Positions 25,411 to 38,408 of a DNA stretch of 64,000 bases are shown here, piece by piece (within the stretch, counting starts at the first letter, position 1; each line of letters starts with the position of its first letter). The notes under the pieces were generated by a model. That model saw nothing but the letters and a program-made list of their open reading frames with translations, did not search any database and was not told the origin of the DNA. The translations under genes were made by a program, and so were the position numbers. This DNA is from Cirrosporium novae-zelandiae (lineage: Eukaryota), in NCBI GenBank assembly GCA_026023565.1, contig JAPETS010000041.1:1-64000 (forward strand), written 5' to 3'.

Positions 25411-26407
25411 CTACTCATGTACCCATTCGGGCTTCTTCTTTTCAGCAAATGCCGTCATACCAATCTTTTGATCCTTGCTTCCAAATAATGAATGGAATAC
25501 CCTCCTTTCGTACTCGACACCTTCCCTTACCCCAAGTTCTTGACTCTTATTTACCACCTCCTTCGCGGCCTTTACGGCTACCCGGGAATAGCTTGATATC
25601 GTCTCTGCGGTTTTCAGGGCCCCCTCAACGCACTCCTGGGCATTGGGGAAGCACCTAGCTGCCAATCCCCATTTCTCGGCTTCTTCGCCACTGAAATTCT
25701 TACCAGTCAATATCAACTCCATTGCTTTTGCTTTGCCAATGGCCTTGGTCAATCTTTGGCTTCCACCAGCACCCGGAATAATACCTAGCTTAATCTCTGG
25801 CTGACCAAAGGTAGCTGAACTGGAGCAATAAAGAATATCTGCCATCATAGCGAGCTCACACCCTCCGCCCAAAGCATACCCATTGACGGCTGCAATGATT
25901 GGTTTTTTTACTTGGGTTGTAAGAGCAGACCATAGTTCGATAAAATCGTTGCTGTAGGCACTAGAGAAGGTAAGGTCTTTCATCTCTTTGATATCGGCAC
26001 CAGCTGGGTTAGGAATGGGTGTTAGTTAGTCACATCATACCTCGCCTTTAGTTGTGAAGCGTACCGGCAAAAGCTTTCTCGCTACCTGTGATTACCATGG
26101 CACCTATATCCTCGTCTTCATTGAATTTTCGGAGAGCATCGTTCAGCTCCAGGTACAAAGGTGTGGAAAGGGCATTGAGAGCTTTAGGCCGATTGAGAGT
26201 AACTTTATACGGGTTCTGTCAGCCAAATGAGCAATAGATAAAATTCCGGTCAATTAAAAGCCTACTCAATCCGACTCCTGGTTTTGGTGTCGAAAGAAGT
26301 AAATACTTGTAGGAAGGAGATGCCTCCGTAGAATACTGCCGGAGTATGCGGATGGAAGATGGTTGAAATTTGGAGGCTACGGGCCGTAGAGCTCTAAGAG
26401 AAAACAT
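25411..26407 (-). CDS. Mitochondrial enoyl-CoA hydratase (crotonase, ECHS1/EchA-like), 3 exons
   Basis: Presequence-like [80 protein letters not shown]. Confidence 0.93.
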
Positions 26408-26839
26408 CCTTAGTAGATCAGATGAAGGTTATTATTATAGTAGAGATATGAATATCTTCAAACAAAGCCTGCACAGCAGACGGTGATAATCAACATGGAG
26501 ATTTCACGATGACCTAATGCTGGTGTTGAGAATATGCTCCGCATTTCAATTTTGGCCGAGACATCCCTGTTCAAGGGGCTCAATACGCTAGTGACATACT
26601 AAGCAGAATCGCGATTCTAGTGGTCCGTGCGCAGTCTGGGATTACGAAGTTTAACGCCAGCCTAAACTGTCTAAGGACAGTTTGCCATATTGAATCTCTA
26701 GATTTCTTCCAGACACAACTTTTCTAAATACTAGCCAACAGTCTATACATTCCCTTTCACCTCCTACAACCCACTTTCTTTATCCTGACTTTTGTATCAC
26801 CCGTAAAGTTGCCTTACTCCCAGGCAGCCTTCTCCTTCG

Positions 26840-27722
26840 ATGATGGACTCCCCGGAGCCCGAGACCCCTTTCGCAGCCGTGAGCGCGCACACATCGAGAA
26901 TAGGCAGAGTATGTGGATTTTATTACTTGCAATCTGTCGCATATTTGTTTTGACCCTGGTATTCCATTATATTGTCATCGTCAACTATTCTCAGCGATTT
27001 ATGAAGAAATCAACTGACAGTATGATCCTTATCTAGCAATACCAAGCCTATCTTGATAAATGTACTCCATATACGCTCTACCGCTGGCTTGCCACTGGTG
27101 CTTTCCTCGTCCTCTTCTTCCTTCGAGTCATCATTGCCCAGGGATGGTATGTCGGTATGTCTAGAGTCCATACCTCATAAGACCGCTCAGCCTGACCGAG
27201 TCTCCATAGTTGCCTACGCACTTTCCATCTTCCTTCTAAATCAGTTCCTCCTTTTCCTTCAACCTAAATTCGACCCCTCGCTCTCCGTCAGCACCGACCC
27301 TTCACTGGAAGAGGGAACTGCTGGAGAGACCAGTGAACCTGTCCTACCGACGAAACAAGATGAAGAATTTCGGCCATTTATCCGCCGCCTTCCTGAATTC
27401 AAGTTCTGGTACACTGCAACTCGGGGTATTGCTCTGAGTATCGTGGCCACGATGTTTGATTTCCTCGACTTGCCCGTATTCTGGCCTGTTCTGGTCGTCT
27501 ACTTTATAGTTCTATTTATGTTAACGAGTGAGCTACCCCTTGTTACCCCTTAATGTGGTTGATGAATTACAACGTGAAGCATTCATGAGCCTTCCCTGTT
27601 GAGAAAAACTCTAATCTTTATACTGCAAATTAGTGCGGCGTCAAATTCAGCACATGATTAAATATCGATACGTTCCGTTCACTTTTGGCAAGACTCGATA
27701 TGAAGGTCGAACTGAACACTAA
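26840..27722 (+). CDS. RER1: Golgi-to-ER retrieval receptor Rer1, 4 exons
   Basis: QYQAYLDKCTPY..RW, QGWYVVAYALSIFLLNQFLLFLQPKFDP, DEEFRPFIRRLPEFKFW, PVFWPVL, RRQIQHMIKYRYVPF. Confidence 0.95.
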
Positions 27723-28831
27723 GCAACCTTTTATCCTTCCTCCACACATATTAGCGATAGCACCTCCGATAATGTACCCAAACGAAAGACTAAACCACGA
27801 GGGTATTTCCAGATGGAGCCAATGTTGTCAAACAAAAATGGATACATTTCGGGAAGAAAGGCTAAAGTGGTGGCAATCAGTGGGAAAGAATGTGTTTACG
27901 TTTCGTTGTATTATATCTATCCGTTTGTCCGTTGCTACAGGCTCTAGGGGTGGCGGATTTCGATCTCAACGGTGTCGGCTAAGGGGATCTGTAACAAAGG
28001 GGAAACGGCGAAATATGTTGTTACGGATGATGGATGAGTGGGATAGCCGATATAAGGCGTACAATTGTTACAAAAGATATACGTTCTAATGAAGAGATCT
28101 CTACGTATTTATCTTCTACATATTGGGAAAAGGTGACGTTTGTCTATCACTTAGCATAGCTAATAGAGTAAGATAGGGACGAATATAGAATATATTAATT
28201 ATCTTTACCAAACTAGATATCAGGATACGGAAGAGCGCAAATATGAATACCCTTTAGAATGGGATTGGGGACACGGGGGCAGTAATCGAGCCAGCGTCTT
28301 TCTCACCTCGGGCAAATCTAATTGTTTGTGAGGTGTGCTTAATATAATAACGACATGGCCTCAATGCGCCCCTTGGCCGTGGCCTTTGACGCTAACAGGC
28401 GGGTGCTCCCGTAAACTGCTCCCCAGAGAAAGGAAGTTAAAGGTTTTCCTAATTCCTAAACCATCATCATCATTATCAAGTTGATAGCACACTATAGTCT
28501 GTCTTGTATATTTGTATGACTTGTCATATAATACTTGACACGCTTCTATGAGCGATATCAGCGTCTAGAATTCGGAATGTCCTATGCATGATCCTGTGCT
28601 ATGGCTAATTGTTTGCTTAGTCGCCTTTGCAGATTTAGCATTTGGCCTGCGCCGCCTGCATCTATTCACATATACCACTTGCAGCATTAGTTTTCTTGCC
28701 CGGGAATTACGGAAGGATTGGGGTACTGTTGTGTTACCGTCCAAAACGTCGAATATTTTTCCACATTTGTTTCTTTTGTTTTCCTGTCTTTCTACTCTAA
28801 ATATCATAACTTTGTTTCACAAACAGCAACG

Positions 28832-30269
28832 ATGGGAGATCAGATACAACCGGATATCAACATTCCCCTGGTGGCAGATGTGACCTTAAGTCTTTCTTTT
28901 TTTATCTAGCTTTTGTCTGACACCTTCTAGGATGTTGGCTATGACTCCGCTTTCGAAGATAGGTAGGTATTACCTGAACTCAGGTATCCGGCCAATAATT
29001 ATGACTATGTGCAGCTAAGCCTATACAAATAACAGCGACAACAAATCATATACAACCTCCCTTGCATCCAGTGTTATGAACTACAAGCAAGTTTTGCCTA
29101 TCCATCGCTTGCACGTCCATTGAACTAATTTATTGGCCTAGATATGAGGTAGACTTTAGACATTCAAATTTCGATTATCTCTTAACAAATATATAGAATG
29201 GTCGGAGATACCATGCTTTCCATGAAGGCAAATATGTACTGGTATAATCCCATTGACCAAATGAGTTTGATATTGAAAGCTTATGTTCTCAGCCCAACGA
29301 TGAGCAAGAGCAGGACCGGATTGATCTGGTAATAATACTCCCGAATACCGCCATAGATATTTTTAATACTCATACCATGGAACCAGCTTGCCCATTCTTT
29401 CAGGGTACTCAATGGAGGAGCGCATTTTCGTGCTCAGATATCGAATGATGCTCACAGGATACTTGATATTGGAACTGGAACTGGTATATGGGCTATTGAC
29501 GTTGCAGAGTAATCTCCCACCGTTTTAGATATTTAGAGTTGTTTTTAACGGCCTTTTCAGCGAATATCCTAGTGCCGAAGTTACTGGTAAACACTAATCA
29601 AAAAATTCAGCTTACGGTTATTAACCAACACAAGGTACTGATTTATCCCCGATTCAACCTTCATGGGTTCCTCCAAACTGCCACTTCATTGTTGATGACG
29701 TCGAATCACCTTGGGCCTGGACTGAGAGTACACCGTTTGATTACATTCACGGACGCAACTTAGCCGGCAGTATTAAAGATTGGGAAGAACTCCTCAAAAC
29801 ATGCATGAGACATTTGGGATCTGGCGGATGGGCTGAATTCCAAGAAATTGAATTCAACATATGTTCTGACGATGATACTGCCAAGGAAGCAAAGCAACTC
29901 CAGGAATGGAGGAAGCTTACAATTGCCGCAAGCGAGAAGTTTGGGAGAAGCATGAATGTTGCAGGGGACTTGAAAAAGTCGTTCACGGATGCAGGGTTTG
30001 AAAACATAAAGGATGATGTTTTTAAGCTCCCCATCGGCCCCTGGCCTAAGAATAAAAAATTAAAGGAGCTTGGAGCTTTTGGGCGACAAAACACGATTGA
30101 TATTGTCGAGCCGGCTGCCCTGGCTTTGTTAACTCGTGTATCAGGATGGAGCAATGAGGAGGCTCAGGTATTCTTTGCAAGTGTCCGCCAGGAAATTAAG
30201 GATCCGAAACTGCATCTCTATTGGAGGGTTCATTTTGTTTATGGACAGAAGCCCAAAACAGTGGCTTAA
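28832..30269 (+). CDS. LaeA-like SAM-dependent methyltransferase, about 9 exons
   Basis: TSLASSVMNYK/YE/NGRRYHAFHEGKYVL/PNDEQEQDRIDL, ILDIGTGTGIWAIDVAD, GTDLSPIQPSWVPPNC, FKLPIGPWPK; GC-AG intron 29087-29141 and 7-nt exon 29142-29148. Confidence 0.9.
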
Positions 30270-31130
30270 ACGATTGCCCACTCACATCGACACTGAAAAT
30301 TATTGAAACAAATCGATAAAATAAACATATCTCTAATTTGATTAATTACGACAACATTTCCATTCATATTTAGTCAGCCATTTGCTGTAAGGTGCACGTC
30401 CTAGAGCCTTAGCTATGTTCTACAAGCAAAGACGAGCTGCAAGTGTGACCAGTCACTAATGTTATGAATCGAGCCTAGCCTTGGATACAATCCCATTGCG
30501 TTAGAGTATCTACCTCAAACCGACCAGTCAGTTAGTCATTTTGTCTAAAAGCTTCCCAGCTTATCAAATAGTGTCTTGGATTATAAAGTAAAATGCCATT
30601 CAAAACACAACCATCGAGGGAGTGATTTTCATCTTCAGATTTCTTTTGACTGGGTACGCTAGGCCTCTGATTCCGACGATCATTAGTACTGAAATGGAAG
30701 GCAGGTGAAGATGATTGAGCACTGTTCTACATCCACGGATGCAATCATCAGCTGTTTCTCTCCGAATGTACATGTACCTGTGTAATGAGAGACAGCCCTC
30801 CACGTCGGCAGTATCGGTATTTGGAGTGGGGTAAACCGATGTGAAGTGGGGAGAAGCTTGGCCTTGATCGACTCTCAGAACTTAAGGAACATGGCTGATC
30901 GGTAATTTGTTTTGCATGGACCCGAAGATATGTGGAATTGTGAACTTCGAGACTCAAGTGCTGACATTTCGAATGCTGATCTGCCTGGAGTATTTCGATG
31001 ACCATGAGGTTTAGAAGTTGTTTCGAAAGCTATGTATGACGTCGCTACTCGCCCGAGCCATGAAATAGCGAGCATCTAGAAGGTCAGGTTGAATAAGCCA
31101 AAAGGAATTGAAAACTAGACCAGATTCAGT

Positions 31131-31137
31131 TTAGTAA
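31131..31137. promoter_or_regulatory. Yap1/NapA response element candidate (TTAGTAA) upstream of catalase
   Basis: Exact TTA(C/G)TAA about 440 nt upstream of the catalase ATG; TATA-like TATAAA near 31370. Confidence 0.35.
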
Positions 31138-31580
31138 GAAGAGGAGAAAGGCTCGCTTGGCATCTGTCGTAGAAATAGGTGCGACATGATTGGTTGATAC
31201 TTTGCATGGAACGGTCATAAGTGCCACCTGAAAATGCCATACGCAGTAGAAGATTGCGGGGCAAAGTTTGGCTTTTGCTTCAATTCATTATCCGTAGTTG
31301 TACCGCTACAATGTGAATGCTACCCATGGGAATTGAGAATTAAGCATGGAGCCTTTTGCCTCTGAGGGATATAAATCCCTTGATCCCATCGCTTTTTCTA
31401 CCTTTCCTGCAGCCCGAGTTTTGATTTTCTTGCTGTTGCAATCATTTCATTATTACACACATACAAACCTGTTCTGATCATCAATACATCGAACAAGTAT
31501 TATTATCTTTCTCTTGTCCTCACATATACAGAGAAACTAGAACAACCCAATTGCCCATTATTAATTGAATAAACGACAAA

Positions 31581-33218
31581 ATGGGCTCAGACGAAAAGAC
31601 ATATCGCTACAATGAGAAGCCAGTCTTCACCACAAGCAATGGCTGTCCGATTTTGTAATCCCCTCCCATCCCCTTTTATATATGACTCTAATTAACAATC
31701 AATACATAGTGACCCTGAAGCTTCCCAGAGGGTGGGCAAGAATGGCCCTCTTCTCATCCAGGACTTCAACTTGATTGACATGCTTGCCCATTTCGACCGT
31801 GAACGTATCCCCGAACGTGTTGTACACGCCAAAGGAGCTGGTGCATATGGCGAGTTCGAAGTCACCGACGATATTAGTGATATTGTACGCACCGTTTAAT
31901 GTAGTCCGCGTTGAATCCACATGACTAACTAAACCCTCCTATGTAGACCACCATCGACATGCTCCTAGGCAAGGGCAAGAAGACCAAAATGGTCTCCCGT
32001 TTCTCTACCGTCGGTGGCGAGAAGGGCTCCGCTGACTCTGCTCGTGATCCTCGAGGCTTCTCCTTGAAGTTTTACACAGAAGAAGGGAACTGGGATTGGG
32101 TCTTCAACAACACACCCGTCTTCTTCCTTCGCGACCCCACCAAATTCCCAATCTTTATCCACACTCAAAAACGTAACCCACAAACTAATTTAAAGGATGC
32201 CACAATGTTTTGGGACTATCTAAGCACACACCAGGAGAGCGCACATCAGGTTATGCATTTATTCAGTGACCGCGGAACGCCACTATCATATAGAAACATG
32301 AATGGATACAGTGGGCACACATACAAATGGCTGAAACCAGACGGCACATTCAATTATGTCCAAATTCACTGCAAGACAGACCAAGGTTCTAAGACTTTCA
32401 ACAACGCTGAAGCTGCTGAGATGTCCAAGGACAACCCAGATTGGCACACCCAAGACCTCTTTGACAGCATCCAAAAAGGAGACTATCCTTCCTGGACTTG
32501 CTATGTTCAAGTCATGTCTCCAGAGCAAGCTGAGAAATTCCGTTGGAATATCTTCGATCTGACCAAAGTTTGGCCTCAAGGTGAAATCCCACTTCGCCGC
32601 TTCGGAAAGTTTACACTCAATAAGAACCCGGAGAACTATTTCGCCGAGATTGAACAGGCTGCCTTTTCCCCATCTCACATGGTTCCTGGTGTCGAAGCTT
32701 CGGCAGACCCAGTGCTCCAATCTCGTCTATTCTCTTATCCTGATACCCATCGTCACCGCCTTGGTGTCAACTACCAACAAATCCCTGTCAATTGCCCATT
32801 AAGGGCATTCAACCCTTATCAACGAGACGGTTCTATGGCTATCAACGGCAACTACGGCGCTAATCCCAACTACCCTTCCACCTTCCGTAATATGACCTTT
32901 AAACCAGTCAAGGCTTATCAACAACATGAGAAGTGGGTTGGTGCTGTCACAGCAGAACAGATTCCAGTCACAGATGAGGATTTTGTCCAGCCAGGACGCC
33001 TTTGGGAAGTGTTGGGTCGCCAACCAGGACAACAAGATAATTTTGTTGGAAACGTTGCGGGACATTTATGTGCAGCACATCAGCAGGTTAGACAAAAGAC
33101 ATACGAGATGTTCAGAAGGATAAATTCCGACCTCGGTAAGCGGATTGAGACGGAGACGGAGAAGTTGGCTCCTCACCCCCAGTCGAGGGCGGCAGGAAAG
33201 GCTGAGCCTAGACTATAA
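31581..33218 (+). CDS. Small-subunit monofunctional heme catalase, probably peroxisomal, 3 exons
   Basis: [39 protein letters not shown], heme ligand motif RLFSYPDTH and C-terminal PRL (PTS1 variant). Confidence 0.95.
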
Positions 33219-33574
33219 GGATGTGAAGGGGGAAAGGGCGTGGCGATGAGAATATAAATGAAAAGAACGAAATCAATGCTATAAGTTCATGGGTCTTTGG
33301 TATTAATTGTTATTGGCTTTGATTATGAACCATAAGGCATTCTTTTCTATATAGTTACATCAGTGCAATATCGGGTACGAAATATTTTGGTCGAACAGTA
33401 CTTTCTAGTCACGTTTCCCAATTTAACCCTAGTCAGTGAAATTCAATTTTTGTTGTTTAGCAAAATCAATTTCATGCAGTAAATATTAAAATAGAATTTG
33501 TTCGCCAATGTATTGTGTAGCTTGTTCAAATTAAGTTTTATCTAGTCTAATTTTAAGAATCGCATCTCGACCCC

Positions 33575-35158
33575 TCACTTGCCTGTATACTTAATCTCAA
33601 ATATTCGCAGAGGAACAAATGTAACGAGTGCAAATAACCCACTGAATATCCAGCCCAGCTCTGCGCCATGTGGTTTGATGGCACGTGAAACAACACCTTC
33701 ATACCAAGTCTGATCCATCGACAACACCGCTCCGATAAACCCCATGATAATTGCAGATATGCCTGCAAAGCCAACCGGTACCACATTCATATTATCCCAA
33801 TCATCAAGCGGATATTTTGTTTTGCGAAAATAAAAGTGATCCACAATGATAATGATGCAAAAGGGTGTTGTATAGTAGCCGAAGATAGAAAGAAATGACT
33901 CAAGAATCTCTGCAAAATTCTCTTCTCCGGCAATAGAGAAGACTATGTATATAACAGATGCAACAATAGTCCATATGAACCGTGGTACTTTGAGCGCCCA
34001 ACCACCAAGATTTTGCACGGCGAATGCGAAGGAGTAGTTGTTGATGATGTTGCAGCCCACCACTGATAATGCCATGAGAACGAGAAGGAATTTACCAAAT
34101 CCATGAAGTGGTTTGAGAACTTCTCCCATCAGTCCCCCAACGCCATTCTCATCATATGCAGCCGCTAGCCCTGCATCTGCTGCGGTAGCACTCATGAAGG
34201 CTGCTCCAAGTAACTCGGTAAGTCCAGCGCCTAGGAAGTTTCCCGCCCAAATAGTTGTTACTAACTTCCACTTGCTAGTATTTTCTGGCATGCGAACATT
34301 ATAGTCGGCCACGTTGATAGCCCAGCCTGCTACAAATCCATAGACCGTCGCAAGGAATGACATTACGCCAGCCGCCTCGGATGACCCATGACCCATAGGG
34401 GCTGCGCTAGGGTCGAAATGCTTTGCTCCGTAACCGGCTAGGAAACAGAGGACAATTATTTGAGGTATCCAGCTATATCTCTCATATTGGTGGATGACAA
34501 AATAGCCAAAGAAGCATACTACCGTAGCCAGGATACCAATAACGAGATTCCCTGCCCACAGAGGACATCTGCTGTCTGAGAGCTCCTTTAGAATCTGGGC
34601 CCCTGCAATGGAATTCACAGTGGACCACCCAACCATCGAACACAAGTTCAGGAAGACCAGCAGTCTCGAGCCCCAAATGCCGAAAGAGTATCTACATATA
34701 ACAATCTGCCTTAGCCCCGTATGTGGTCCGAATGTCCCGAAAAGTCCCACAACCCAGGAAAAAACAAAGTTGGTTATAATGATAACTGCGAATGAGTCCC
34801 AGAAGCCCAGTCCAAAGATGGGTCCCAAACAGCCGGTGGCGAATGTGGCTGCTGTAAAGTTTGCGGCTGCCCATATTGTGAAACCGTCCCACAGACTTTG
34901 TGGGACACGATGTTCGGGTTTGACACGCTCGATTCCCCGGCCTTCGACATTCGCCTTCTCGACAGTACGAAGCCAAATTCTGAACCACCCTTTGGAGGCG
35001 ACAACATCTTCTTCATTATCAATGTAAGATTTGTACTCTTTCACTTCGGATTCTTGGGGAGCATTTTGGCCTGGTCTTGTATCATCACCTTTCTCAAGGT
35101 CAGCAGTGATTTGAAGACTGTTTTCCAAAGGTTCTTTTTTTCCAGATCCGATGGTCAT
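33575..35158 (-). CDS. NCS1 purine-cytosine permease (Fcy2/FcyB family)
   Basis: 527 aa, about 12 TM; VEGRGIERV, FGPHTGLRQIVICRYSFG, YERYSWIPQ, ADYNVRMP, NNYS, SMDQTWYEG. Confidence 0.9.
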   Translation of the reverse strand: MTIGSGKKEPLENSLQITADLEKGDDTRPGQNAPQESEVKEYKSYIDNEEDVVASKGWFRIWLRTVEKANVEGRGIERVKPEHRVPQSLWDGFTIWAAANFTAATFATGCLGPIFGLGFWDSFAVIIITNFVFSWVVGLFGTFGPHTGLRQIVICRYSFGIWGSRLLVFLNLCSMVGWSTVNSIAGAQILKELSDSRCPLWAGNLVIGILATVVCFFGYFVIHQYERYSWIPQIIVLCFLAGYGAKHFDPSAAPMGHGSSEAAGVMSFLATVYGFVAGWAINVADYNVRMPENTSKWKLVTTIWAGNFLGAGLTELLGAAFMSATAADAGLAAAYDENGVGGLMGEVLKPLHGFGKFLLVLMALSVVGCNIINNYSFAFAVQNLGGWALKVPRFIWTIVASVIYIVFSIAGEENFAEILESFLSIFGYYTTPFCIIIIVDHFYFRKTKYPLDDWDNMNVVPVGFAGISAIIMGFIGAVLSMDQTWYEGVVSRAIKPHGAELGWIFSGLFALVTFVPLRIFEIKYTGK

Positions 35159-36005
35159 TTTTGAAGGAATCTAGGTAGAATCGAGAAGCAATTGATGCCT
35201 TGTGCTGACTTGGATTATATGGAAGGTATATCTAATACAAAGGCAGGTTCTTCGGGAAGCATTCAATACTTATTGTACTCGCGAGGTTGCACGATAACAA
35301 TTCCTCTAGTAGTACTGGATGGGAACATACAAGGATATCTTGTTATCTATTTACTGATAGAGGGATTAGATGATTTGTAACTTGATCAATCCGAGGGCGA
35401 ATCCCAACAAGGACATACCCTTTTGAGAAGGGTTCTGGAAGGGTATGGCCATTGGGAACTCGTCATCTATTCTACAACAGCTGGGTTTAAGCTGCCGATT
35501 TTACAAAGTAATCATTGTGAGACAATATCCCCGGAAATCGATATCACTAGACGTTACTTTGTAAGCTACTAAGCGTAAGCCTCTATGCACCAAGAGATGC
35601 ATTCTGAATAGTCGTGCTGTTGTCTCGATTTCCCCTAAAACCCCGTCAACAGCACCCACGCAAGTAAAATCATGGTTTGAAAGGCTTTTTCCCTGACTCG
35701 AAACTGCAGACGTCGAGATAAGGCTTGATTTACAGCTTAATTGAGTATAGGTTCATCAAGACATTGAACCCAATGGATCTTCTAGAAGCTATCTGGTACC
35801 AAGGTACCTCAATCTCTCAGTACCACATCCCCTACAGCTTTAATAATTCTATTCAAATCACCGTCTCCATCGCTAGCGAGGTGGGATTGAAGTGGCACAA
35901 ATCTTGGTTTTGCTGCTTGGTAACGATGGATATGTTGGTCTTAAGATCTAGTGGCTGATATACCCAGAATAATATATAATTCTCCATAGTCCTAGCATGT
36001 AAGCA

Positions 36006-36019
36006 CCGGGAAAATCCGA
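36006..36019. promoter_or_regulatory. UaY/Ppr1-type Zn2Cys6 site CGG-N6-CCG
   Basis: cCGG-GAAAAT-CCGA, 7 of 8 fixed positions of the UaY consensus TCGG-N6-CCGA, about 80 nt upstream of guanine deaminase in the divergent promoter; several GATA motifs in the same intergenic. Confidence 0.55.
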
Positions 36020-36098
36020 GGATTAAAGCCTTCGCTATCAAGTGGACTTCTTTTCGGATCTACTGAGTACATACACAATCTGTCTTCTTCCTAGAGTC

Positions 36099-37493
36099 AT
36101 GACAGCCCCGAACCCCTCAAGCAACCTTCCCCTCCCGCCATTCGCCTACTACGGAATCATCATCCACGCCCCAACCCCCACCAAACTGGTTATTCAACCA
36201 CACACACTCCTGGTCGTGACCCCACCAAAAATAACCCTTATCGTCCCATCCCTCCCCGCCCCGTACATAACCCAAACTCTTGTCTCCGCAGGTTTCAATC
36301 CCAACAAAATTACCATTCACACCCTCCCCTCAACCTCATTTCTAATCCCGGGCTTCATCGACACCCATAACCACGCCCCACAATGGACACAACGGGGCGT
36401 CGGCCGCGGCCGCCTACTAATGGACTGGCTCAACACAATCACATTCCCACATGAATCACGCTTCTCGGACACTGAATATGCCAAGAAAACCTACGCCTCC
36501 CTCGTCGACGGGTTCCTGAACCAGGGCGTCACAACCGCAAGCTACTACGGCTCCATACACACCGAAGCCACCAAAATCCTTGCCGAGGTCTGCCTAGAAA
36601 AGGGCCAACGCGCCCTCGTTGGAAAATGCAACATGGATCAAAACGCACCCGACTTCTACTGCGAGACAAGCGCGGAGGCCTCCCTCGTCGCCACGCATGA
36701 CTTTCTCGCCCAGATACAAGCTCTCGACCCAACCGAATCCCTAGTCTCTCCAATTCTGACCCCCCGCTTCGCAATTACCTGCTCCGCGCCCCTCCTCGCC
36801 GGCCTCGGGGATCTCATTTCCAAGAACCCAACCCTCCGCTCCCAAACCCACTTCAATGAAGCTGAGCAAGAAATGTACCTCACAAAAACCCTCTTCCCTG
36901 AATTCCCGGATGAAACAGCTCTCTACACTCACTTCAGCCTCCTAAACTCCCGCTCCATCCTCGCACACTGCATTTTCCTGACTCCGTCAGACTTCAGCGC
37001 CCTTAAATCCGCAGACGCAGGCGTATCGCACTGTCCCATCAGCAACACAACAATCGGCCCCTTCATGTGCGCACCGGTCCGGGAATTCCTCCGTCACGAT
37101 ATCAAAGTCGGACTGGGGACGGATTCCGGCGGTGGATACTCGGCCTCAATCCTCGACGCCATGAAACTAGCGTTTGTGGTTAGCAAAGCTAGGGAACTAG
37201 AAACTGCAGGAAAAGATGAAGAGTTGACTTTGACAGAAGGGTTTTATCTAGCCACTAGGGGGGGCGCAAGGGTTTGTGGGCTTGAGGAAAAGGTCGGGGT
37301 TTTGGAGGTCGGGATGGAGTTTGATGCGTTGGAGATTAGGACTGGAGGTATCATGGCGCCCGTGGAGGAGGAAACAGATGATCTCGGAATTATTTTTGAA
37401 AAATTTTTGATGTCGGGGGATGATCGGAATATTCGGAAGGTTTTTGTTGCTGGCAGGTGCGTTAAGGGGGGAACAAGTGAGGTGAGTGAGTAG
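36099..37493 (+). CDS. GUD1: Guanine deaminase (amidohydrolase superfamily)
   Basis: PGFIDTHNHAPQW, LMDWLNTITFPHE, ILTPRFAITCS, QTHFNE, LAHCIF, VSHCPISN, VGLGTDSGGG, GDDRNI; first in-frame ATG at 36099. Confidence 0.9.
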   Translation: MTAPNPSSNLPLPPFAYYGIIIHAPTPTKLVIQPHTLLVVTPPKITLIVPSLPAPYITQTLVSAGFNPNKITIHTLPSTSFLIPGFIDTHNHAPQWTQRGVGRGRLLMDWLNTITFPHESRFSDTEYAKKTYASLVDGFLNQGVTTASYYGSIHTEATKILAEVCLEKGQRALVGKCNMDQNAPDFYCETSAEASLVATHDFLAQIQALDPTESLVSPILTPRFAITCSAPLLAGLGDLISKNPTLRSQTHFNEAEQEMYLTKTLFPEFPDETALYTHFSLLNSRSILAHCIFLTPSDFSALKSADAGVSHCPISNTTIGPFMCAPVREFLRHDIKVGLGTDSGGGYSASILDAMKLAFVVSKARELETAGKDEELTLTEGFYLATRGGARVCGLEEKVGVLEVGMEFDALEIRTGGIMAPVEEETDDLGIIFEKFLMSGDDRNIRKVFVAGRCVKGGTSEVSE

Positions 37494-38295
37494 ATGAGTA
37501 GATAAACGGATGGGTAGTTGGAAATAACGTGAAAACTTCTCTATATGAGTACATGTAGTTATTGGGTACCCATGCTCTTTTGAAATGAACCAGCTTTCTT
37601 CTTCAAGCTGACTCAAAGATTCTCGAACTCCTCCATTTCTTTATCCTTATATGAATCCACTATACCCATCTTCCTTTCTCAAATCTTCCATAAACCGAAT
37701 AAATGGATAAAAAAAACTCTTTCTCCAATTCAAACCTACAGTGACTACTCCCAACTAGCTCCATAACCCCTATTTTTGAAATAAAAATTTCGCTTCGTTT
37801 GCTCCGTTTCATTCTAAATGAATAATATGTCTACCTATCTAAGTAGCTAGATATCCAACAAAAATATGCATCTACTCACCACCAATACCACGTAATTATA
37901 TATCTATACCTACCTACACAGCACGACCGATAGCAACCTCGCTATTGACATCATAAACCTTCTCTCAACACAGAGCTTTTTTTAGCTTAGTCTCACACAT
38001 AGACATATATAGAAATGAGATAGTATAGGATTTTACGTGCTTATTAGAAGTGTGTAGATGTTCTTGGTTATAATTATGATGGAAGGAGCTGCAAAATGAG
38101 GTTCTCCACAAAGTTACCACACACGCTACTTGTAACTTATACCCCAAACTCTTGCCCTTGCCCTTACCCTAATAACCCAACCCCCCTCCCTCCCCCATCC
38201 CGCCTCCCCACAAAACAACACAACGTGACGCAAAAGAACCCAACCCAAATAACTAATAAAACCCAGAATAACGAAAACCAATCAACTCAAGCAAG

Positions 38296-38408
38296 GGTGG
38301 AGTGGCCTAATGGTAAGGCGTGGCTCTCCTAGAAATTTCTTACTCCGGATTTGTCCGGGGGGGAAAGTCTAAAAGCCAAGATTGTGGGTTCGAGTCCCAT
38401 CTTCATCG
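38296..38408 (+). tRNA. tRNA-Arg(CCT) with a 41-nt intron (38332-38372)
   Basis: GGTGGAG/CTTCATC acceptor, TGGCT/AGCCA anticodon stem, loop CT-CCT-A[intron]A, GTGGG-TTCGAGT-CCCAT T arm, immediately followed by TTTTT; intron folds (CTCCGGA/TCCGGGG). Confidence 0.92.

Noticed and set aside
25402..25413. Cryptic PTS1 by readthrough of enoyl-CoA hydratase (TAG AGA CTG TAA giving x-R-L)
   Set aside because: The stop context is not the TGA CTA readthrough motif, and residues inserted at UAG would not give a canonical PTS1.
30300..31100. Short ORFs between the methyltransferase and catalase
   Set aside because: No recognisable motifs or consistent splice pattern.
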